Shown here piece after piece: positions 33,972 to 50,077 of a DNA stretch of 64,000 nt. Origin of the DNA: Escherichia coli (lineage in GTDB: Bacteria > Pseudomonadota > Gammaproteobacteria > Enterobacterales > Enterobacteriaceae); the NCBI RefSeq assembly GCF_001677475.2, contig NZ_CP015229.1. One strand, given 5' to 3'. Under the pieces are notes generated by a model that made no database searches, had not been told where the DNA came from, and worked only from the letters and a program-made list of their open reading frames with translations. The stretch's first letter is position 1. Each line of letters opens with the position of its first letter. The position numbers were made by a program, and so were the translations under genes.

Positions 33972-34850
33972 ATGCCGCAACATGACCAATTACATCGCTA
34001 TCTGTTTGAAAACTTTGCCGTTCGCGGCGAACTGGTAACCGTTTCGGAAACCCTGCAACAGATCCTTGAGAATCACGATTATCCGCAGCCCGTTAAAAAC
34101 GTGCTGGCAGAACTGCTGGTTGCGACCAGCCTGTTAACCGCTACGTTGAAGTTTGATGGTGATATCACTGTACAGCTGCAAGGCGACGGTCCGATGAATC
34201 TGGCGGTTATTAACGGTAACAACAACCAGCAGATGCGCGGTGTGGCGCGCGTGCAGGGCGAAATTCCAGAAAATGCCGACCTGAAAACGCTGGTCGGCAA
34301 TGGTTACGTGGTGATCACCATTACCCCGAGCGAAGGCGAACGCTATCAGGGCGTGGTTGGTCTGGAAGGTGATACCCTGGCGGCCTGCCTGGAAGATTAC
34401 TTTATGCGTTCTGAACAGCTGCCGACGCGCCTGTTTATTCGCACCGGCGACGTAGACGGCAAACCGGCTGCAGGCGGTATGTTGTTGCAGGTAATGCCTG
34501 CGCAAAATGCCCAGCAGGACGACTTTGACCACCTGGCAACGCTAACCGAAACCATCAAAACCGAAGAACTGCTGACCTTACCGGCAAACGAAGTGTTGTG
34601 GCGTTTGTATCACGAAGAAGAGGTGACGGTTTACGATCCGCAGGATGTGGAGTTCAAATGCACCTGCTCGCGTGAACGTTGCGCCGATGCGCTGAAAACG
34701 CTGCCTGATGAAGAAGTCGATAGCATCCTGGCGGAAGATGGCGAAATTGACATGCATTGTGATTACTGCGGTAACCACTATCTGTTCAATGCGATGGATA
34801 TTGCTGAAATCCGCAACAACGCGTCTCCGGCAGATCCGCAAGTTCATTAA
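33972..34850 (+). CDS. hslO: Redox-regulated chaperone Hsp33
   Basis: Track ORF 33966-34850; C-terminal zinc-binding cysteines CTC...CDYC present; start may be the first ATG at 33966. Confidence 0.9.
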   Translation: MPQHDQLHRYLFENFAVRGELVTVSETLQQILENHDYPQPVKNVLAELLVATSLLTATLKFDGDITVQLQGDGPMNLAVINGNNNQQMRGVARVQGEIPENADLKTLVGNGYVVITITPSEGERYQGVVGLEGDTLAACLEDYFMRSEQLPTRLFIRTGDVDGKPAAGGMLLQVMPAQNAQQDDFDHLATLTETIKTEELLTLPANEVLWRLYHEEEVTVYDPQDVEFKCTCSRERCADALKTLPDEEVDSILAEDGEIDMHCDYCGNHYLFNAMDIAEIRNNASPADPQVH

Positions 34851-34858
34851 TGAGTATG

Positions 34859-34886
34859 TCCGGCAGAGAGGGCTCTGCCGGATTTT
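34859..34886 (+). terminator. Intrinsic terminator downstream of hslO
   Basis: 10-bp stem tccggcagag/ctctgccgga with loop aggg followed by tttt. Confidence 0.7.
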
Positions 34887-34978
34887 ACGACGTAATGGCC
34901 TGATGCGCTTACCAGGCCTATGAAATAAATCGCAAGTTATTTTGGTCAGATACAGCGTCGTATCCGATAAAAGCATTG

Positions 34979-36703
34979 TCACTTGCTTAAGTTTATTTCC
35001 AGCGTTTCACCATCTACCGCCAGATCGCGCCACGCTTTCGGCCTCGTCCCCAGCTTTCCATCCTTCGCAGCTGTGAGTAATTTTTCTTTCGTTATTTTGC
35101 GCGGAAGTAAACTCATATCAAGCGCGTCCCATTCTTTTCTGGCTGAGTCAAAGCCATAGACAATGACTCTGTCATCATTAAAAGCAAACAGGATCCGCTC
35201 CGCCTGACCATCACTATTCAGATCTTGCTCGACCAGTACGCAGGCGTCTTTTTCAATACAGGTCATCACGTTATAGCGATCCTGGATTAAGGCCGACCAG
35301 AATGTCGCATCCGGTTTACCAGAGCCTGGGGCAATTAACACATTTTCGGCTAATACTTTTTCCGATACCTGTTCCTGAAGATGTTGCTCTCCATCTAACG
35401 CCATCAGCAGATCCCGCGCGCGTTTCGGGTCTTTCATATACTCGGCATCGCTTTTCAGCGACTCAAGCGCCGCACGTCCATAGCGACCGCTCTGTTCGAG
35501 CATATAGAGACTTACCTGGTCTGGCGTGTTTTTGCCGCTCTGATAACGTGCCATATGACTGTTCACGCTAATACGCATACTGTCCAGCACCGGCGAATTA
35601 AGAAGCACCAGTATCACCAACACCAATAACGAAACCGCAAGGTTCACTTTGCCCTGAAGAACAAGGGGGTTTTGCCCTTTACGCCAGACGATACTGACAA
35701 AATACCCCAGCGACCATACCAGTAACACCAGCACCGCCAACGCGCCCTGCAAGCGGTCGACAGTCCAGCCGTACTGAGCGACCCGCAGCCATAACGCCCA
35801 GGCGGCGACGAACACATACAGCGGAGCAGCCAGCAGAGCGGTTTTAATCAGGCAACGCAACGGCCCTGTCCAGGGAAGTGACGCTTTTTGCGGATCGCGG
35901 ACAATAGCCATTAAGATCAATTGCAAAAATGCCAGCGTCAACAGCAACCCAGCGGCGGAGATGTGGCGAGAAATCGCGCTCAGGCCCGTAAACGGCAGGG
36001 TGATAATAAACATCAGGGTTAGCAATGATACTAACGGCAGCAACCCCGTGGCGATTAGCGTGAACAACTTTTGAATAGAGTCGATTAAACGTGACTGTGT
36101 ACGCGCGAGGATCACCGCCAGTGCGGTAACCAGACCTAATGTAAGATACATAAACCAGTCGGTTGCAAAAAAGAGCGTATTGAAAAACGTGATGCCAACA
36201 AGTTTAAACAACTCGCCCCACAGTAAAAGTACCAGCCATGTCAGGCCATTGGCGAGAAAAATCACCAGTAATATAAGTACGTTATGCCATACTGACTGGT
36301 AAAAATAGCGATAGCGGCTACTGTCATTGCGGATGCGAAGGCTTTGTTGTATCCACGGTAGCAACAACATTGCCATCAGCAGCAGATAGCAACCAAAATC
36401 CCAAAGCGCCTTTTCTGCTCTCCAGGGGTTCATGCCATCAGTTTGCCACTTCAGCCAACCGCTCATCCCTGTCGTGGCAATAAACACCAGCACCAGCCAT
36501 CCCCAAAGGCGCTTCTGTTTAAAGGAGATCACGGAGAAGAGTAAAACGGATGAAAACGCGACGGTCGCAGGCACGCCATAAACAATCCAACTGAGATTTT
36601 TTCCGGCAAGCCAGGCGATCAGCAAGTAGCAAACCAGCCCCTGAAGTAATCCGGTAGCAATCATCCCCCAGCGTGTTGCTGGTGAAAGTTCAACGTTATC
36701 CAT
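34979..36703 (-). CDS. yhgE: Putative inner-membrane protein YhgE
   Basis: 574-aa ORF with many TM helices. Confidence 0.75.
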   Translation of the reverse strand: MDNVELSPATRWGMIATGLLQGLVCYLLIAWLAGKNLSWIVYGVPATVAFSSVLLFSVISFKQKRLWGWLVLVFIATTGMSGWLKWQTDGMNPWRAEKALWDFGCYLLLMAMLLLPWIQQSLRIRNDSSRYRYFYQSVWHNVLILLVIFLANGLTWLVLLLWGELFKLVGITFFNTLFFATDWFMYLTLGLVTALAVILARTQSRLIDSIQKLFTLIATGLLPLVSLLTLMFIITLPFTGLSAISRHISAAGLLLTLAFLQLILMAIVRDPQKASLPWTGPLRCLIKTALLAAPLYVFVAAWALWLRVAQYGWTVDRLQGALAVLVLLVWSLGYFVSIVWRKGQNPLVLQGKVNLAVSLLVLVILVLLNSPVLDSMRISVNSHMARYQSGKNTPDQVSLYMLEQSGRYGRAALESLKSDAEYMKDPKRARDLLMALDGEQHLQEQVSEKVLAENVLIAPGSGKPDATFWSALIQDRYNVMTCIEKDACVLVEQDLNSDGQAERILFAFNDDRVIVYGFDSARKEWDALDMSLLPRKITKEKLLTAAKDGKLGTRPKAWRDLAVDGETLEINLSK

Positions 36704-37081
36704 GTTGGTTATCCAGAATCAAAAGGTGGGTTAATTATCGCATCCGGGCAGTAGTATTTTGCTTTTTTCAGAAAATAATCAAAAAAAGTTAGCGTGGTGA
36801 ATCGATACTTTACCGATTGAATTTGCATCAATTTCATTCAGGAATGCGATTCCACTCACAATATTCCCGCCATATAAACCAAGATTTAACCTTTTGAGAA
36901 CATTTTCCACACCTAAAATGCTATTTCTGCGATAATAGCAACCGTTTCGTGACAGGAATCACGGAGTTTTTTGTCAAATATGAATTTCTCCAGATACGTA
37001 AATCTATGAGCCTTGTCGCGGTTAACACCCCCAAAAAGACTTTACTATTCAGGCAATACATATTGGCTAAGGAGCAGTGAA

Positions 37082-38704
37082 ATGCGCGTTAACAATGGTT
37101 TGACCCCGCAAGAACTCGAGGCTTATGGTATCAGTGACGTACATGATATCGTTTACAACCCAAGCTACGGCCTGCTGTATCAGGAAGAGCTCGATCCGAG
37201 CCTGACAGGTTATGAGCGCGGGGTGTTAACTAATCTGGGTGCCGTTGCCGTCGATACCGGGATCTTCACTGGTCGTTCACCAAAAGATAAGTATATCGTC
37301 CGTGACGATACCACTCGCGATACTTTCTGGTGGGCAGACAAAGGCAAAGGTAAGAACGATAACAAACCTCTCTCTCCGGAAACCTGGCAGCATCTGAAAG
37401 GCCTGGTGACCAAGCAGCTTTCCGGCAAACGTCTGTTCGTTGTCGACGCCTTCTGTGGTGCGAACCCGGATACTCGTCTTTCCGTCCGTTTCATCACCGA
37501 AGTGGCCTGGCAGGCGCATTTTGTCAAAAACATGTTTATTCGCCCGAGCGATGAAGAGCTGGCAGGTTTCAAACCAGACTTTATCGTTATGAACGGCGCG
37601 AAGTGCACTAACCCGCAGTGGAAAGAACAGGGTCTGAACTCCGAAAACTTCGTGGCGTTTAACCTGACCGAGCGCATGCAGCTGATTGGCGGCACCTGGT
37701 ACGGCGGCGAAATGAAAAAAGGGATGTTCTCGATGATGAACTACCTGCTGCCGCTGAAAGGTATCGCTTCTATGCACTGCTCCGCCAACGTTGGTGAGAA
37801 AGGCGATGTTGCGGTATTCTTCGGCCTTTCCGGCACCGGTAAAACCACCCTTTCCACCGACCCGAAACGCCGCCTGATTGGCGATGACGAGCACGGCTGG
37901 GACGATGACGGCGTGTTTAACTTCGAAGGCGGCTGCTACGCAAAAACTATCAAGCTGTCGAAAGAAGCGGAACCTGAAATCTACAACGCTATCCGTCGTG
38001 ATGCGCTGCTGGAAAACGTCACCGTGCGTGAAGATGGTTCTATCGACTTTGATGATGGTTCAAAAACCGAGAACACCCGCGTTTCTTATCCGATCTATCA
38101 CATCGAAAACATCGTTAAGCCGGTGTCCAAAGCGGGCCACGCAACTAAAGTTATCTTCCTGACCGCAGACGCCTTTGGTGTGCTGCCGCCGGTTTCTCGT
38201 CTGACTGCCGATCAAACCCAGTACCACTTCCTCTCTGGCTTCACCGCCAAACTGGCTGGTACAGAGCGCGGCATCACCGAACCGACGCCAACTTTCTCCG
38301 CCTGCTTCGGCGCGGCATTCCTGTCGCTGCACCCGACTCAGTACGCAGAAGTGCTGGTGAAACGTATGCAGGCGGCGGGCGCGCAGGCTTATCTGGTTAA
38401 CACTGGCTGGAATGGCACTGGCAAACGTATCTCGATTAAAGATACCCGCGCTATTATCGACGCCATCCTCAACGGTTCACTGGATAATGCAGAAACCTTC
38501 ACTTTGCCGATGTTTAACCTGGCGATCCCAACAGAACTGCCGGGCGTAGACACTAAGATCCTTGATCCGCGTAACACCTACGCTTCTCCGGAACAGTGGC
38601 AGGAAAAAGCCGAAACCCTGGCGAAACTGTTTATCGACAACTTCGATAAATACACCGACACCCCAGCGGGTGCCGCGCTGGTAGCGGCTGGTCCGAAACT
38701 GTAA
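37082..38704 (+). CDS. pckA: Phosphoenolpyruvate carboxykinase (ATP)
   Basis: Track ORF 37013-38704; start trimmed to [17 protein letters not shown] (540 aa); kinase-1a motif GLSGTGKTT. Confidence 0.95.
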   Translation: MRVNNGLTPQELEAYGISDVHDIVYNPSYGLLYQEELDPSLTGYERGVLTNLGAVAVDTGIFTGRSPKDKYIVRDDTTRDTFWWADKGKGKNDNKPLSPETWQHLKGLVTKQLSGKRLFVVDAFCGANPDTRLSVRFITEVAWQAHFVKNMFIRPSDEELAGFKPDFIVMNGAKCTNPQWKEQGLNSENFVAFNLTERMQLIGGTWYGGEMKKGMFSMMNYLLPLKGIASMHCSANVGEKGDVAVFFGLSGTGKTTLSTDPKRRLIGDDEHGWDDDGVFNFEGGCYAKTIKLSKEAEPEIYNAIRRDALLENVTVREDGSIDFDDGSKTENTRVSYPIYHIENIVKPVSKAGHATKVIFLTADAFGVLPPVSRLTADQTQYHFLSGFTAKLAGTERGITEPTPTFSACFGAAFLSLHPTQYAEVLVKRMQAAGAQAYLVNTGWNGTGKRISIKDTRAIIDAILNGSLDNAETFTLPMFNLAIPTELPGVDTKILDPRNTYASPEQWQEKAETLAKLFIDNFDKYTDTPAGAALVAAGPKL

Positions 38705-38751
38705 TGATTTGAAGCTGGAGAATATCTATCCAGTATCTTATAGAAAGCAAA

Positions 38752-38779
38752 ACGGGAGACACCTTCGCCTCCCGTTTTA
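38752..38779. terminator. Bidirectional terminator between convergent pckA and envZ
   Basis: acgggag...ctcccgt stem flanked by aaaa and tttt. Confidence 0.65.
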
Positions 38780-38780
38780 T

Positions 38781-40849
<2,069 letters not shown>

Positions 40850-41076
40850 TGTTTGTACTCCCAAAGGTTCGCAACAATTTGTAAGCGTGTATTCTTAAAA
40901 AAGCTCACGTTCGTCACCAGCTAAATCTGGTATGAATTTCAGCCTAAATTGTTACAAAGCATATTAAACAGCAGCTTAAGTATACAATTTATTCGGCGAA
41001 ACATTATTGATTCTGTTGATATGATCACGTTATACCCAATGTGCGCATTATCAAACAGACAAAGGGAATCAACGAG

Positions 41077-41553
41077 ATGAAAACGCCCCTGGTTACCCGG
41101 GAAGGGTATGAAAAACTCAAACAAGAGCTTAATTATCTCTGGCGTGAAGAACGCCCGGAGGTCACAAAGAAAGTGACCTGGGCCGCAAGTCTGGGCGACC
41201 GCAGCGAAAATGCTGACTATCAGTATAATAAAAAGCGCCTGCGTGAAATCGACCGTCGCGTGCGCTATCTCACTAAATGCATGGAAAATCTCAAAATCGT
41301 CGATTACTCCCCGCAGCAGGAAGGCAAAGTCTTTTTTGGCGCGTGGGTGGAGATTGAAAACGACGATGGCGTGACTCACCGTTTCCGTATTGTCGGCTAC
41401 GATGAAATTTTTGGCCGTAAAGATTACATCTCTATCGATTCCCCGATGGCCCGCGCATTGTTGAAAAAAGAGGTGGGCGATTTGGCGGTGGTGAATACCC
41501 CTGCCGGGGAAGCGAGCTGGTATGTTAATGCTATCGAGTACGTGAAACCGTAA
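41077..41553 (+). CDS. greB: Transcription elongation factor GreB
   Basis: Track ORF 41041-41553; start trimmed to MKTPLVTREGYEKL (158 aa). Confidence 0.9.
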   Translation: MKTPLVTREGYEKLKQELNYLWREERPEVTKKVTWAASLGDRSENADYQYNKKRLREIDRRVRYLTKCMENLKIVDYSPQQEGKVFFGAWVEIENDDGVTHRFRIVGYDEIFGRKDYISIDSPMARALLKKEVGDLAVVNTPAGEASWYVNAIEYVKP

Positions 41554-41649
41554 GGAAGAGTCTTAACCTCCTGCCGATGGCTGGCATTTTTGCCAGCCAG
41601 TCCGTATAACTATCCCCTGATTTTTGATCCGAAAAGATGAACTCAAACC

Positions 41650-43971
41650 ATGATGAATGATTCGTTCTGCCGCATTATTGCGGGTGAAATTCAGGCGCGC
41701 CCGGAACAGGTTGAAGCCGCCGTTCGCCTGCTTGACGAAGGGAATACCGTGCCGTTTATCGCACGTTATCGTAAGGAAATCACCGGCGGTCTGGATGACA
41801 CGCAGTTGCGTAATCTGGAAACGCGTCTGAGCTACCTGCGCGAGCTGGAAGAGAGACGTCAGGCGATCCTCAAGTCCATTTCTGAGCAAGGTAAACTCAC
41901 CGATGAGCTGGCGAATGCCATCAACGCCACCTTAAGCAAAACCGAACTCGAAGACCTCTATCTGCCCTACAAACCTAAACGCCGCACCCGTGGGCAAATC
42001 GCCATTGAAGCAGGTCTTGAGCCGTTGGCTGACCTGCTGTGGAGCGATCCGTCACACACGCCAGAAGTCGCCGCTGCACAATATGTTGATGCCGATAAAG
42101 GCGTGGCAGATACCAAAGCTGCGCTGGACGGCGCGCGCTATATCCTGATGGAACGGTTTGCCGAAGATGCCGCGCTGCTGGCAAAAGTGCGTGATTATCT
42201 GTGGAAGAACGCGCATTTGGTTTCTACGGTGGTGAGCGGTAAAGAAGAGGAAGGGGCGAAATTCCGCGACTATTTCGATCATCACGAACCGCTGTCAACG
42301 GTGCCTTCTCACCGCGCGCTGGCGATGTTCCGTGGGCGTAACGAAGGCATACTCCAGCTTTCGCTGAATGCCGATCCACAGTTCGATGAGCCGCCGAAAG
42401 AGAGCTATTGCGAGCAAATCATCATGGATCATCTCGGCCTGCGCCTGAACAATGCCCCGGCGGATAGCTGGCGCAAAGGCGTGGTGAGCTGGACGTGGCG
42501 CATCAAGGTGCTGATGCATCTGGAAACCGAACTGATGGGCACCGTGCGCGAACGTGCGGAAGATGAAGCAATCAACGTCTTTGCCCGTAACCTGCACGAT
42601 CTGCTGATGGCGGCCCCAGCCGGACTGCGTGCCACGATGGGCCTCGATCCGGGTCTGCGTACTGGGGTAAAAGTGGCGGTAGTCGATGCAACCGGCAAAC
42701 TGGTGGCGACCGACACCATTTACCCGCACACCGGACAAGCCGCAAAAGCAGCGATGACCGTTGCTGCCCTGTGTGAAAAGCATAATGTTGAACTGGTGGC
42801 GATCGGCAACGGTACAGCTTCCCGCGAAACTGAGCGTTTCTATCTCGATGTCCAGAAACAGTTCCCAAAAGTGACCGCGCAGAAAGTGATCGTCAGCGAA
42901 GCAGGCGCGTCGGTTTACTCGGCTTCAGAGCTGGCTGCACAGGAGTTCCCGGATCTCGACGTTTCGCTGCGTGGCGCGGTGTCTATCGCCCGCCGTTTGC
43001 AAGATCCGCTGGCGGAGCTGGTGAAAATCGATCCGAAATCTATCGGCGTAGGTCAGTATCAGCATGACGTCAGCCAGACGCAGCTGGCACGCAAACTGGA
43101 TGCAGTAGTAGAAGACTGCGTAAACGCTGTTGGCGTCGATCTCAACACCGCTTCTGTTCCGCTGTTAACCCGCGTGGCGGGCCTGACGCGCATGATGGCG
43201 CAAAACATCGTGGCCTGGCGCGATGAGAACGGTCAGTTCCAGAACCGTCAGCAACTGCTGAAAGTGAGCCGTCTGGGGCCGAAAGCCTTCGAGCAGTGCG
43301 CGGGCTTCCTGCGGATTAACCACGGCGATAACCCGCTTGACGCCTCTACCGTTCACCCGGAAGCCTATCCGGTGGTGGAACGCATTCTGGCAGCAACACA
43401 GCAGGCACTGAAAGATCTGATGGGTAACAGCAGCGAGCTGCGTAACCTGAAAGCGTCTGACTTTACTGATGAAAAATTCGGTGTACCGACGGTAACTGAC
43501 ATCATCAAAGAGCTGGAAAAACCGGGTCGCGATCCGCGTCCGGAATTTAAAACCGCTCAGTTTGCCGATGGCGTCGAGACAATGAACGACCTGCAACCGG
43601 GTATGATCCTCGAAGGCGCAGTGACCAACGTCACCAACTTTGGCGCGTTTGTCGATATCGGCGTGCATCAGGACGGCCTGGTTCACATCTCTTCATTGTC
43701 GAATAAGTTTGTGGAAGATCCGCATACCGTGGTGAAAGCGGGCGATATTGTGAAGGTGAAAGTGCTGGAAGTGGATCTTCAGCGTAAACGTATCGCCCTG
43801 ACCATGCGTCTGGACGAGCAGCCTGGCGAAACCAACGCGCGTCGCGGCGGCGGGAATGAACGTCCGCAAAACAACCGCCCGGCAGCCAAACCGCGTGGGC
43901 GTGAAGCGCAGCCTGCCGGTAACAGCGCGATGATGGATGCGCTGGCGGCGGCAATGGGCAAAAAACGTTAA
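41650..43971 (+). CDS. tex: Tex-like RNA-binding protein (YqgF/HhH/S1 domains)
   Basis: 773-aa ORF; C-terminal S1 domain; recognised YhgF/Tex. Confidence 0.9.
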   Translation: MMNDSFCRIIAGEIQARPEQVEAAVRLLDEGNTVPFIARYRKEITGGLDDTQLRNLETRLSYLRELEERRQAILKSISEQGKLTDELANAINATLSKTELEDLYLPYKPKRRTRGQIAIEAGLEPLADLLWSDPSHTPEVAAAQYVDADKGVADTKAALDGARYILMERFAEDAALLAKVRDYLWKNAHLVSTVVSGKEEEGAKFRDYFDHHEPLSTVPSHRALAMFRGRNEGILQLSLNADPQFDEPPKESYCEQIIMDHLGLRLNNAPADSWRKGVVSWTWRIKVLMHLETELMGTVRERAEDEAINVFARNLHDLLMAAPAGLRATMGLDPGLRTGVKVAVVDATGKLVATDTIYPHTGQAAKAAMTVAALCEKHNVELVAIGNGTASRETERFYLDVQKQFPKVTAQKVIVSEAGASVYSASELAAQEFPDLDVSLRGAVSIARRLQDPLAELVKIDPKSIGVGQYQHDVSQTQLARKLDAVVEDCVNAVGVDLNTASVPLLTRVAGLTRMMAQNIVAWRDENGQFQNRQQLLKVSRLGPKAFEQCAGFLRINHGDNPLDASTVHPEAYPVVERILAATQQALKDLMGNSSELRNLKASDFTDEKFGVPTVTDIIKELEKPGRDPRPEFKTAQFADGVETMNDLQPGMILEGAVTNVTNFGAFVDIGVHQDGLVHISSLSNKFVEDPHTVVKAGDIVKVKVLEVDLQRKRIALTMRLDEQPGETNARRGGGNERPQNNRPAAKPRGREAQPAGNSAMMDALAAAMGKKR

Positions 43972-43997
43972 ACGCCCTGATAGACAAACGTAAACCT

Positions 43998-44027
43998 GCC
44001 AGATAAGGCGTTCACGCCGCATCTGGC
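43998..44027. repeat. REP-like palindromic unit downstream of tex
   Basis: gccagataaggcgttcacgccgcatctggc. Confidence 0.5.
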
Positions 44028-44054
44028 AACGAACGCCTTGCCTGACATAAAAGT

Positions 44055-44079
44055 GCCGGAGAATATCTCCGGCCTTTTT
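44055..44079 (+). terminator. Intrinsic terminator downstream of tex
   Basis: gccggaga-ata-tctccggc stem-loop followed by ttttt. Confidence 0.7.
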
Positions 44080-44207
44080 ATTCCACAACCAAACTCTCAA
44101 TATATCCCGTTAATATTTATCACTTCATTAACAACTGAAACCTTAATTAAACATTAACCAGTCCTGGTAATTCGCTATTCGAATTATATTTTCGCTGCGA
44201 TATAACC

Positions 44208-44221
44208 TTGAGCCACATCAA
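44208..44221 (+). promoter_or_regulatory. Candidate FNR binding site in feoA promoter
   Basis: TTGAG-ccac-ATCAA matches the FNR consensus TTGAT-N4-ATCAA at 9/10 positions, about 190 bp upstream of feoA. Confidence 0.5.
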
Positions 44222-44275
44222 TATTGAGTCAGATTATTATTCAAACCAACATTCGCACACATTTTAAGTATTGCT

Positions 44276-44301
44276 GATAGAAACCATTCTCATTATCATT
44301 G
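44276..44301 (+). promoter_or_regulatory. Candidate Fur box in feoA promoter
   Basis: gatagaaaccattctcattatcattg resembles the GATAATGATAATCATTATC Fur consensus. Confidence 0.5.
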
Positions 44302-44410
44302 TGTTGTTGATTATTTAATCTCTCCTTCGTTGGCAAATCATCTGGTCTCATGTCGCTGTCAAACGCCCCATGAGGTAGTTATCCAGTTAATGAGAAACAA
44401 GTAGGCACCT

Positions 44411-44638
44411 ATGCAATACACTCCAGATACTGCGTGGAAAATCACTGGCTTTTCCCGTGAAATCAGCCCGGCATATCGCCAAAAACTGCTTTCTCTAGGC
44501 ATGTTACCTGGCTCCTCTTTTAATGTGGTGCGCGTCGCTCCACTCGGCGACCCCATTCATATCGAAACCCGTCGTGTGAGCCTGGTATTACGCAAAAAAG
44601 ATCTGGCCTTATTAGAAGTGGAAGCGGTTTCCTGTTAA
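44411..44638 (+). CDS. feoA: Ferrous iron transport protein A
   Basis: 75-aa ORF; recognised FeoA. Confidence 0.9.
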   Translation: MQYTPDTAWKITGFSREISPAYRQKLLSLGMLPGSSFNVVRVAPLGDPIHIETRRVSLVLRKKDLALLEVEAVSC

Positions 44639-44654
44639 TACGGTGATAACAACA

Positions 44655-46976
44655 ATGAAAAAATTAACCATTGGCTTAATTGGTAATCCAAATTCTGGCA
44701 AGACAACCTTATTTAACCAGCTCACTGGTGCACGTCAGCGTGTAGGTAACTGGGCTGGTGTTACCGTCGAACGTAAAGAAGGGCAATTCTCCACCACCGA
44801 TCATCAGGTCACGCTGGTGGACCTGCCCGGCACCTATTCTCTGACCACCATCTCATCGCAGACCTCGCTCGATGAGCAAATCGCCTGTCACTATATTCTG
44901 AGTGGCGACGCCGACCTGCTGATTAACGTGGTGGATGCGTCTAACCTTGAGCGTAACCTGTACCTGACGCTGCAACTGCTGGAACTCGGCATTCCCTGCA
45001 TCGTGGCACTGAACATGCTCGACATTGCCGAGAAGCAAAATATTCGTATTGAAATTGATGCTCTGTCGGCGCGTCTTGGCTGCCCGGTGATCCCGCTGGT
45101 TTCAACCCGTGGTCGCGGTATTGAAGCGCTCAAGCTGGCGATTGATCGCTATAAAGCTAACGAGAATGTGGAACTGGTGCATTACGCACAGCCGCTACTC
45201 AACGAAGCAGATTCACTGGCAAAAGTGATGCCTTCCGACATCCCGCTGAAACAACGTCGCTGGCTGGGCCTGCAAATGCTGGAAGGCGATATCTACAGCC
45301 GCGCCTACGCCGGTGAAGCGTCGCAGCATCTGGATGCCGCCCTCGCCCGTCTGCGTAATGAGATGGACGATCCGGCGCTGCACATTGCCGATGCGCGTTA
45401 CCAGTGCATTGCTGCCATCTGTGATGTGGTAAGCAACACCCTGACGGCAGAACCCAGCCGTTTCACCACTGCGGTAGATAAAATCGTGCTCAACCGTTTC
45501 CTCGGTCTGCCGATTTTCCTCTTTGTGATGTACCTGATGTTCCTGCTGGCTATCAACATCGGCGGGGCGTTACAGCCGCTGTTTGATGTCGGTTCCGTGG
45601 CGCTGTTTGTGCATGGTATTCAGTGGATTGGCTACACGCTCCACTTCCCGGACTGGCTGACTATCTTCCTCGCCCAGGGCCTGGGCGGCGGTATTAACAC
45701 CGTGCTGCCACTGGTGCCGCAGATCGGCATGATGTACCTGTTCCTCTCCTTCCTTGAGGACTCCGGCTATATGGCGCGTGCGGCGTTTGTGATGGACCGT
45801 CTGATGCAGGCGCTGGGCTTGCCGGGGAAATCCTTTGTACCGCTGATCGTTGGTTTCGGTTGTAACGTACCGTCGGTAATGGGCGCACGTACGCTTGATG
45901 CACCGCGTGAACGTCTGATGACCATCATGATGGCACCGTTTATGTCCTGCGGCGCGCGTCTGGCTATCTTCGCAGTATTTGCGGCTGCCTTCTTCGGGCA
46001 GAACGGTGCGCTGGCGGTCTTCTCGCTGTATATGCTCGGTATTGTGATGGCGGTGCTGACTGGCCTGATGCTCAAGTACACCATCATGCGCGGTGAAGCG
46101 ACGCCGTTTGTCATGGAGCTGCCGGTCTACCATGTACCACACGTTAAAAGCCTGATTATCCAGACCTGGCAGCGTCTGAAAGGCTTCGTTCTGCGTGCTG
46201 GTAAAGTGATTATCATCGTCAGCATTTTCCTGAGTGCTTTCAACAGCTTCTCTCTGAGCGGGAAAATCGTCGATAACATCAACGACTCGGCGCTGGCTTC
46301 CGTCAGCCGGGTGATCACCCCAGTCTTCAAGCCGATTGGCGTGCATGAAGATAACTGGCAGGCAACGGTTGGCCTGTTTACAGGCGCAATGGCGAAAGAA
46401 GTGGTGGTGGGTACGCTCAACACCCTCTACACCGCAGAAAATATTCAGGACGAAGAGTTCAATCCGGCGGAATTTAACCTCGGTGAAGAGCTGTTCAGTG
46501 CGGTAGATGAAACCTGGCAGAGCCTGAAAGACACCTTCAGCCTTAGCGTACTGATGAACCCGATTGAAGCGAGCAAAGGCGACGGCGAAATGGGTACCGG
46601 GGCGATGGGCGTGATGGATCAGAAATTCGGTAGCGCAGCTGCCGCATACAGCTACCTGATTTTCGTCCTGCTGTATGTACCGTGCATCTCGGTGATGGGT
46701 GCTATCGCCCGTGAATCAAGCCGTGGCTGGATGGGCTTCTCCATCCTGTGGGGGCTGAATATCGCTTACTCGCTGGCAACATTGTTCTATCAGGTCGCCA
46801 GCTACAGCCAGCATCCAACTTACAGCCTGGTGTGCATTCTGGCGGTTATCCTGTTTAACATCGTGGTTATCGGTTTGCTGCGTCGCGCGCGTAGCCGGGT
46901 GGATATCGAACTGCTGGCAACGCGCAAATCGGTAAGCAGTTGCTGCGCAGCCAGCACCACCGGTGATTGCCATTAA
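44655..46976 (+). CDS. feoB: Ferrous iron transporter B (N-terminal GTPase plus membrane permease)
   Basis: Track ORF 44643-46976; start trimmed to [21 protein letters not shown] (773 aa); G1 motif GNPNSGKTT. Confidence 0.9.
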   Translation: MKKLTIGLIGNPNSGKTTLFNQLTGARQRVGNWAGVTVERKEGQFSTTDHQVTLVDLPGTYSLTTISSQTSLDEQIACHYILSGDADLLINVVDASNLERNLYLTLQLLELGIPCIVALNMLDIAEKQNIRIEIDALSARLGCPVIPLVSTRGRGIEALKLAIDRYKANENVELVHYAQPLLNEADSLAKVMPSDIPLKQRRWLGLQMLEGDIYSRAYAGEASQHLDAALARLRNEMDDPALHIADARYQCIAAICDVVSNTLTAEPSRFTTAVDKIVLNRFLGLPIFLFVMYLMFLLAINIGGALQPLFDVGSVALFVHGIQWIGYTLHFPDWLTIFLAQGLGGGINTVLPLVPQIGMMYLFLSFLEDSGYMARAAFVMDRLMQALGLPGKSFVPLIVGFGCNVPSVMGARTLDAPRERLMTIMMAPFMSCGARLAIFAVFAAAFFGQNGALAVFSLYMLGIVMAVLTGLMLKYTIMRGEATPFVMELPVYHVPHVKSLIIQTWQRLKGFVLRAGKVIIIVSIFLSAFNSFSLSGKIVDNINDSALASVSRVITPVFKPIGVHEDNWQATVGLFTGAMAKEVVVGTLNTLYTAENIQDEEFNPAEFNLGEELFSAVDETWQSLKDTFSLSVLMNPIEASKGDGEMGTGAMGVMDQKFGSAAAAYSYLIFVLLYVPCISVMGAIARESSRGWMGFSILWGLNIAYSLATLFYQVASYSQHPTYSLVCILAVILFNIVVIGLLRRARSRVDIELLATRKSVSSCCAASTTGDCH

Positions 46977-47212
46977 TGGCTTCACTTATTCAGGTGCGCG
47001 ATTTGCTGGCGTTACGGGGCCGTATGGAAGCGGCCCAGATAAGCCAGACATTGAACACTCCGCAGCCAATGATTAACGCCATGCTGCAACAGCTGGAAAG
47101 CATGGGCAAAGCCGTGCGGATTCAGGAAGAACCTGACGGCTGCCTCTCTGGCAGTTGTAAAAGCTGTCCGGAAGGCAAAGTCTGTCTGCGCGAGTGGTGG
47201 GCGCTGCGTTAA
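46976..47212 (+). CDS. feoC: Ferrous iron transport protein C (winged-helix with Cys cluster)
   Basis: ATG at 46976 overlaps feoB TAA by 1 nt; 78 aa; CxxGxCKxCPxxxxC motif. Confidence 0.8.
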   Translation: MASLIQVRDLLALRGRMEAAQISQTLNTPQPMINAMLQQLESMGKAVRIQEEPDGCLSGSCKSCPEGKVCLREWWALR

Positions 47213-47237
47213 CCATACTCCATCGCCTGTTTTGAAA

Positions 47238-47269
47238 AGCCCGGTATGCGTTTGCATCCGGGCTTTTTT
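47238..47269 (+). terminator. Intrinsic terminator downstream of feoC
   Basis: agcccgg...ccgggct stem followed by tttttt. Confidence 0.7.
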
Positions 47270-47414
47270 GCGTGCAGATTTCCATAAAAATGCAACTCTT
47301 GCAGCACGGCGTAAGTTCCTCTGAAAGCGTCTCGCAGGGATGAAAACTGGCTAATGCACAGGTGTGGAGTGGCGCGTAGAGTCGCGGCATTCAAATAACA
47401 GGTGAAGGAACGCC

Positions 47415-48308
47415 ATGAGCAAAAAGCAGAGTTCCACCCCACACGATGCGCTGTTCAAACTCTTTTTACGCCAACCGGAGACGGCACGCGATTTTCTTGC
47501 GTTTCATTTACCGGCACCCATTCACGCGCTCTGTGATATGAAAACCCTCAAGCTGGAGTCGAGCAGCTTTATTGATGACGATCTGCGTGAAAGCTATTCC
47601 GACGTGCTGTGGTCGGTGAAAACGGAACAAGGACCAGGATATATCTATTGTCTGATTGAACATCAAAGCACCTCAAACAAACTGATCGCATTTCGCATGA
47701 TGCGTTACGCCATTGCCGCAATGCAAAATCACCTTGATGCCGGATACAAAACGTTGCCGATGGTGGTGCCATTGTTGTTTTACCACGGTATTGAAAGCCC
47801 CTATCCCTATTCGCTGTGTTGGCTGGATTGTTTTGCCGATCCCAACCTGGCAAGGCAGCTTTATGCCTCTGCATTTCCGCTGATTGATGTCACCGTCATG
47901 CCTGATGATGAAATCATGCAGCACCGACGCATGGCGCTGCTGGAGTTAATTCAAAAACATATCCGTCAACGCGATCTGATGGGGCTGGTAGAGCAAATGG
48001 CCTGCTTATTAAGTAGTGGATACGCTAATGACAGACAAATCAAAGGGCTGTTTAATTACATCTTGCAAACCGGCGATGCGGTACGTTTTAACGATTTTAT
48101 CGACGGCGTTGCCGAACGTTCACCGAAACACAAGGAGAGTTTAATGACTATTGCGGAAAGATTGCGGCAGGAAGGGTTTCAGAAAGGTATACGTACCAAC
48201 GCCCTAAATATTGCCAAAACCATGCTGGATGCCGGAGTCTCTCTTGAGGACGTTCTGCGATTTACCAGCCTGACGGTTGAAGACCTTGCTGAAATAAATC
48301 ATCAATAA
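47415..48308 (+). CDS. rpnA: Recombination-promoting nuclease RpnA (YhgA-like, PD-(D/E)XK transposase_31 family)
   Basis: 297-aa ORF recognised as YhgA/RpnA; exact start uncertain by a few codons. Confidence 0.8.
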   Translation: MSKKQSSTPHDALFKLFLRQPETARDFLAFHLPAPIHALCDMKTLKLESSSFIDDDLRESYSDVLWSVKTEQGPGYIYCLIEHQSTSNKLIAFRMMRYAIAAMQNHLDAGYKTLPMVVPLLFYHGIESPYPYSLCWLDCFADPNLARQLYASAFPLIDVTVMPDDEIMQHRRMALLELIQKHIRQRDLMGLVEQMACLLSSGYANDRQIKGLFNYILQTGDAVRFNDFIDGVAERSPKHKESLMTIAERLRQEGFQKGIRTNALNIAKTMLDAGVSLEDVLRFTSLTVEDLAEINHQ

Positions 48309-48325
48309 CGTAAAGGATGGTTTTA

Positions 48326-48499
48326 ATGACAGATGCAGAAAGAGAATATCTTATTAGTTACCTGATTGGTTATTTATTGGGTCGACGCCTGGAAGCCCTG
48401 GATATCGCCAAAAGAATGCTGTAATCCTGAGTCCCTCTTGCGGACATCATGCGTTTTACCGGGGTGTCAGAAGAAGAGTTGGCTGCGGCGAGTCAGTAA
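48326..48499 (+). repeat. Diverged, frame-broken tandem duplicate of the rpnA 3' tail (includes a 32-codon ORF at 48326-48424)
   Basis: Nucleotide and peptide similarity to rpnA 48144-48308: atgacagatgcagaaaga... vs atgactattgcggaaaga...; ...LDIAKRML vs ...LNIAKTML; VPLADIMRFTGVSEEELAAASQ* vs [23 protein letters not shown]. Confidence 0.6.
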
Positions 48500-48527
48500 A
48501 GTTCTGTCTCGCCATTTCAAAAGCTGT

Positions 48528-49316
<789 letters not shown>

Positions 49317-49317
49317 C

Positions 49318-50019
<702 letters not shown>

Positions 50020-50077
50020 AGCCTCGATGATGGGCGTATTATAACCAACTAAAATAGTCAACTATTAGGCCATTACT

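Noticed and set aside
37013-37081. N-terminal extensions of track ORFs (pckA shown; likewise frlA, frlB, frlC, frlR, yhfU, php, yhfY, aroK, hofP, hofM, mrcA, yrfG, ompR, greB, feoB, feoC, gntX)
   Set aside because: The longest-ORF start is upstream of the recognised N-terminus; the internal start matches the expected protein length, so the extensions are not reported as coding.
41580-41598. Hairpin gctggc-attttt-gccagc downstream of greB considered as an intrinsic terminator
   Set aside because: The stem is not followed by a T-run on either strand; retained only as a possible structure and not annotated as a terminator.
45570-46346. 258-aa minus-strand ORF
   Set aside because: Antisense to feoB; shadow ORF.
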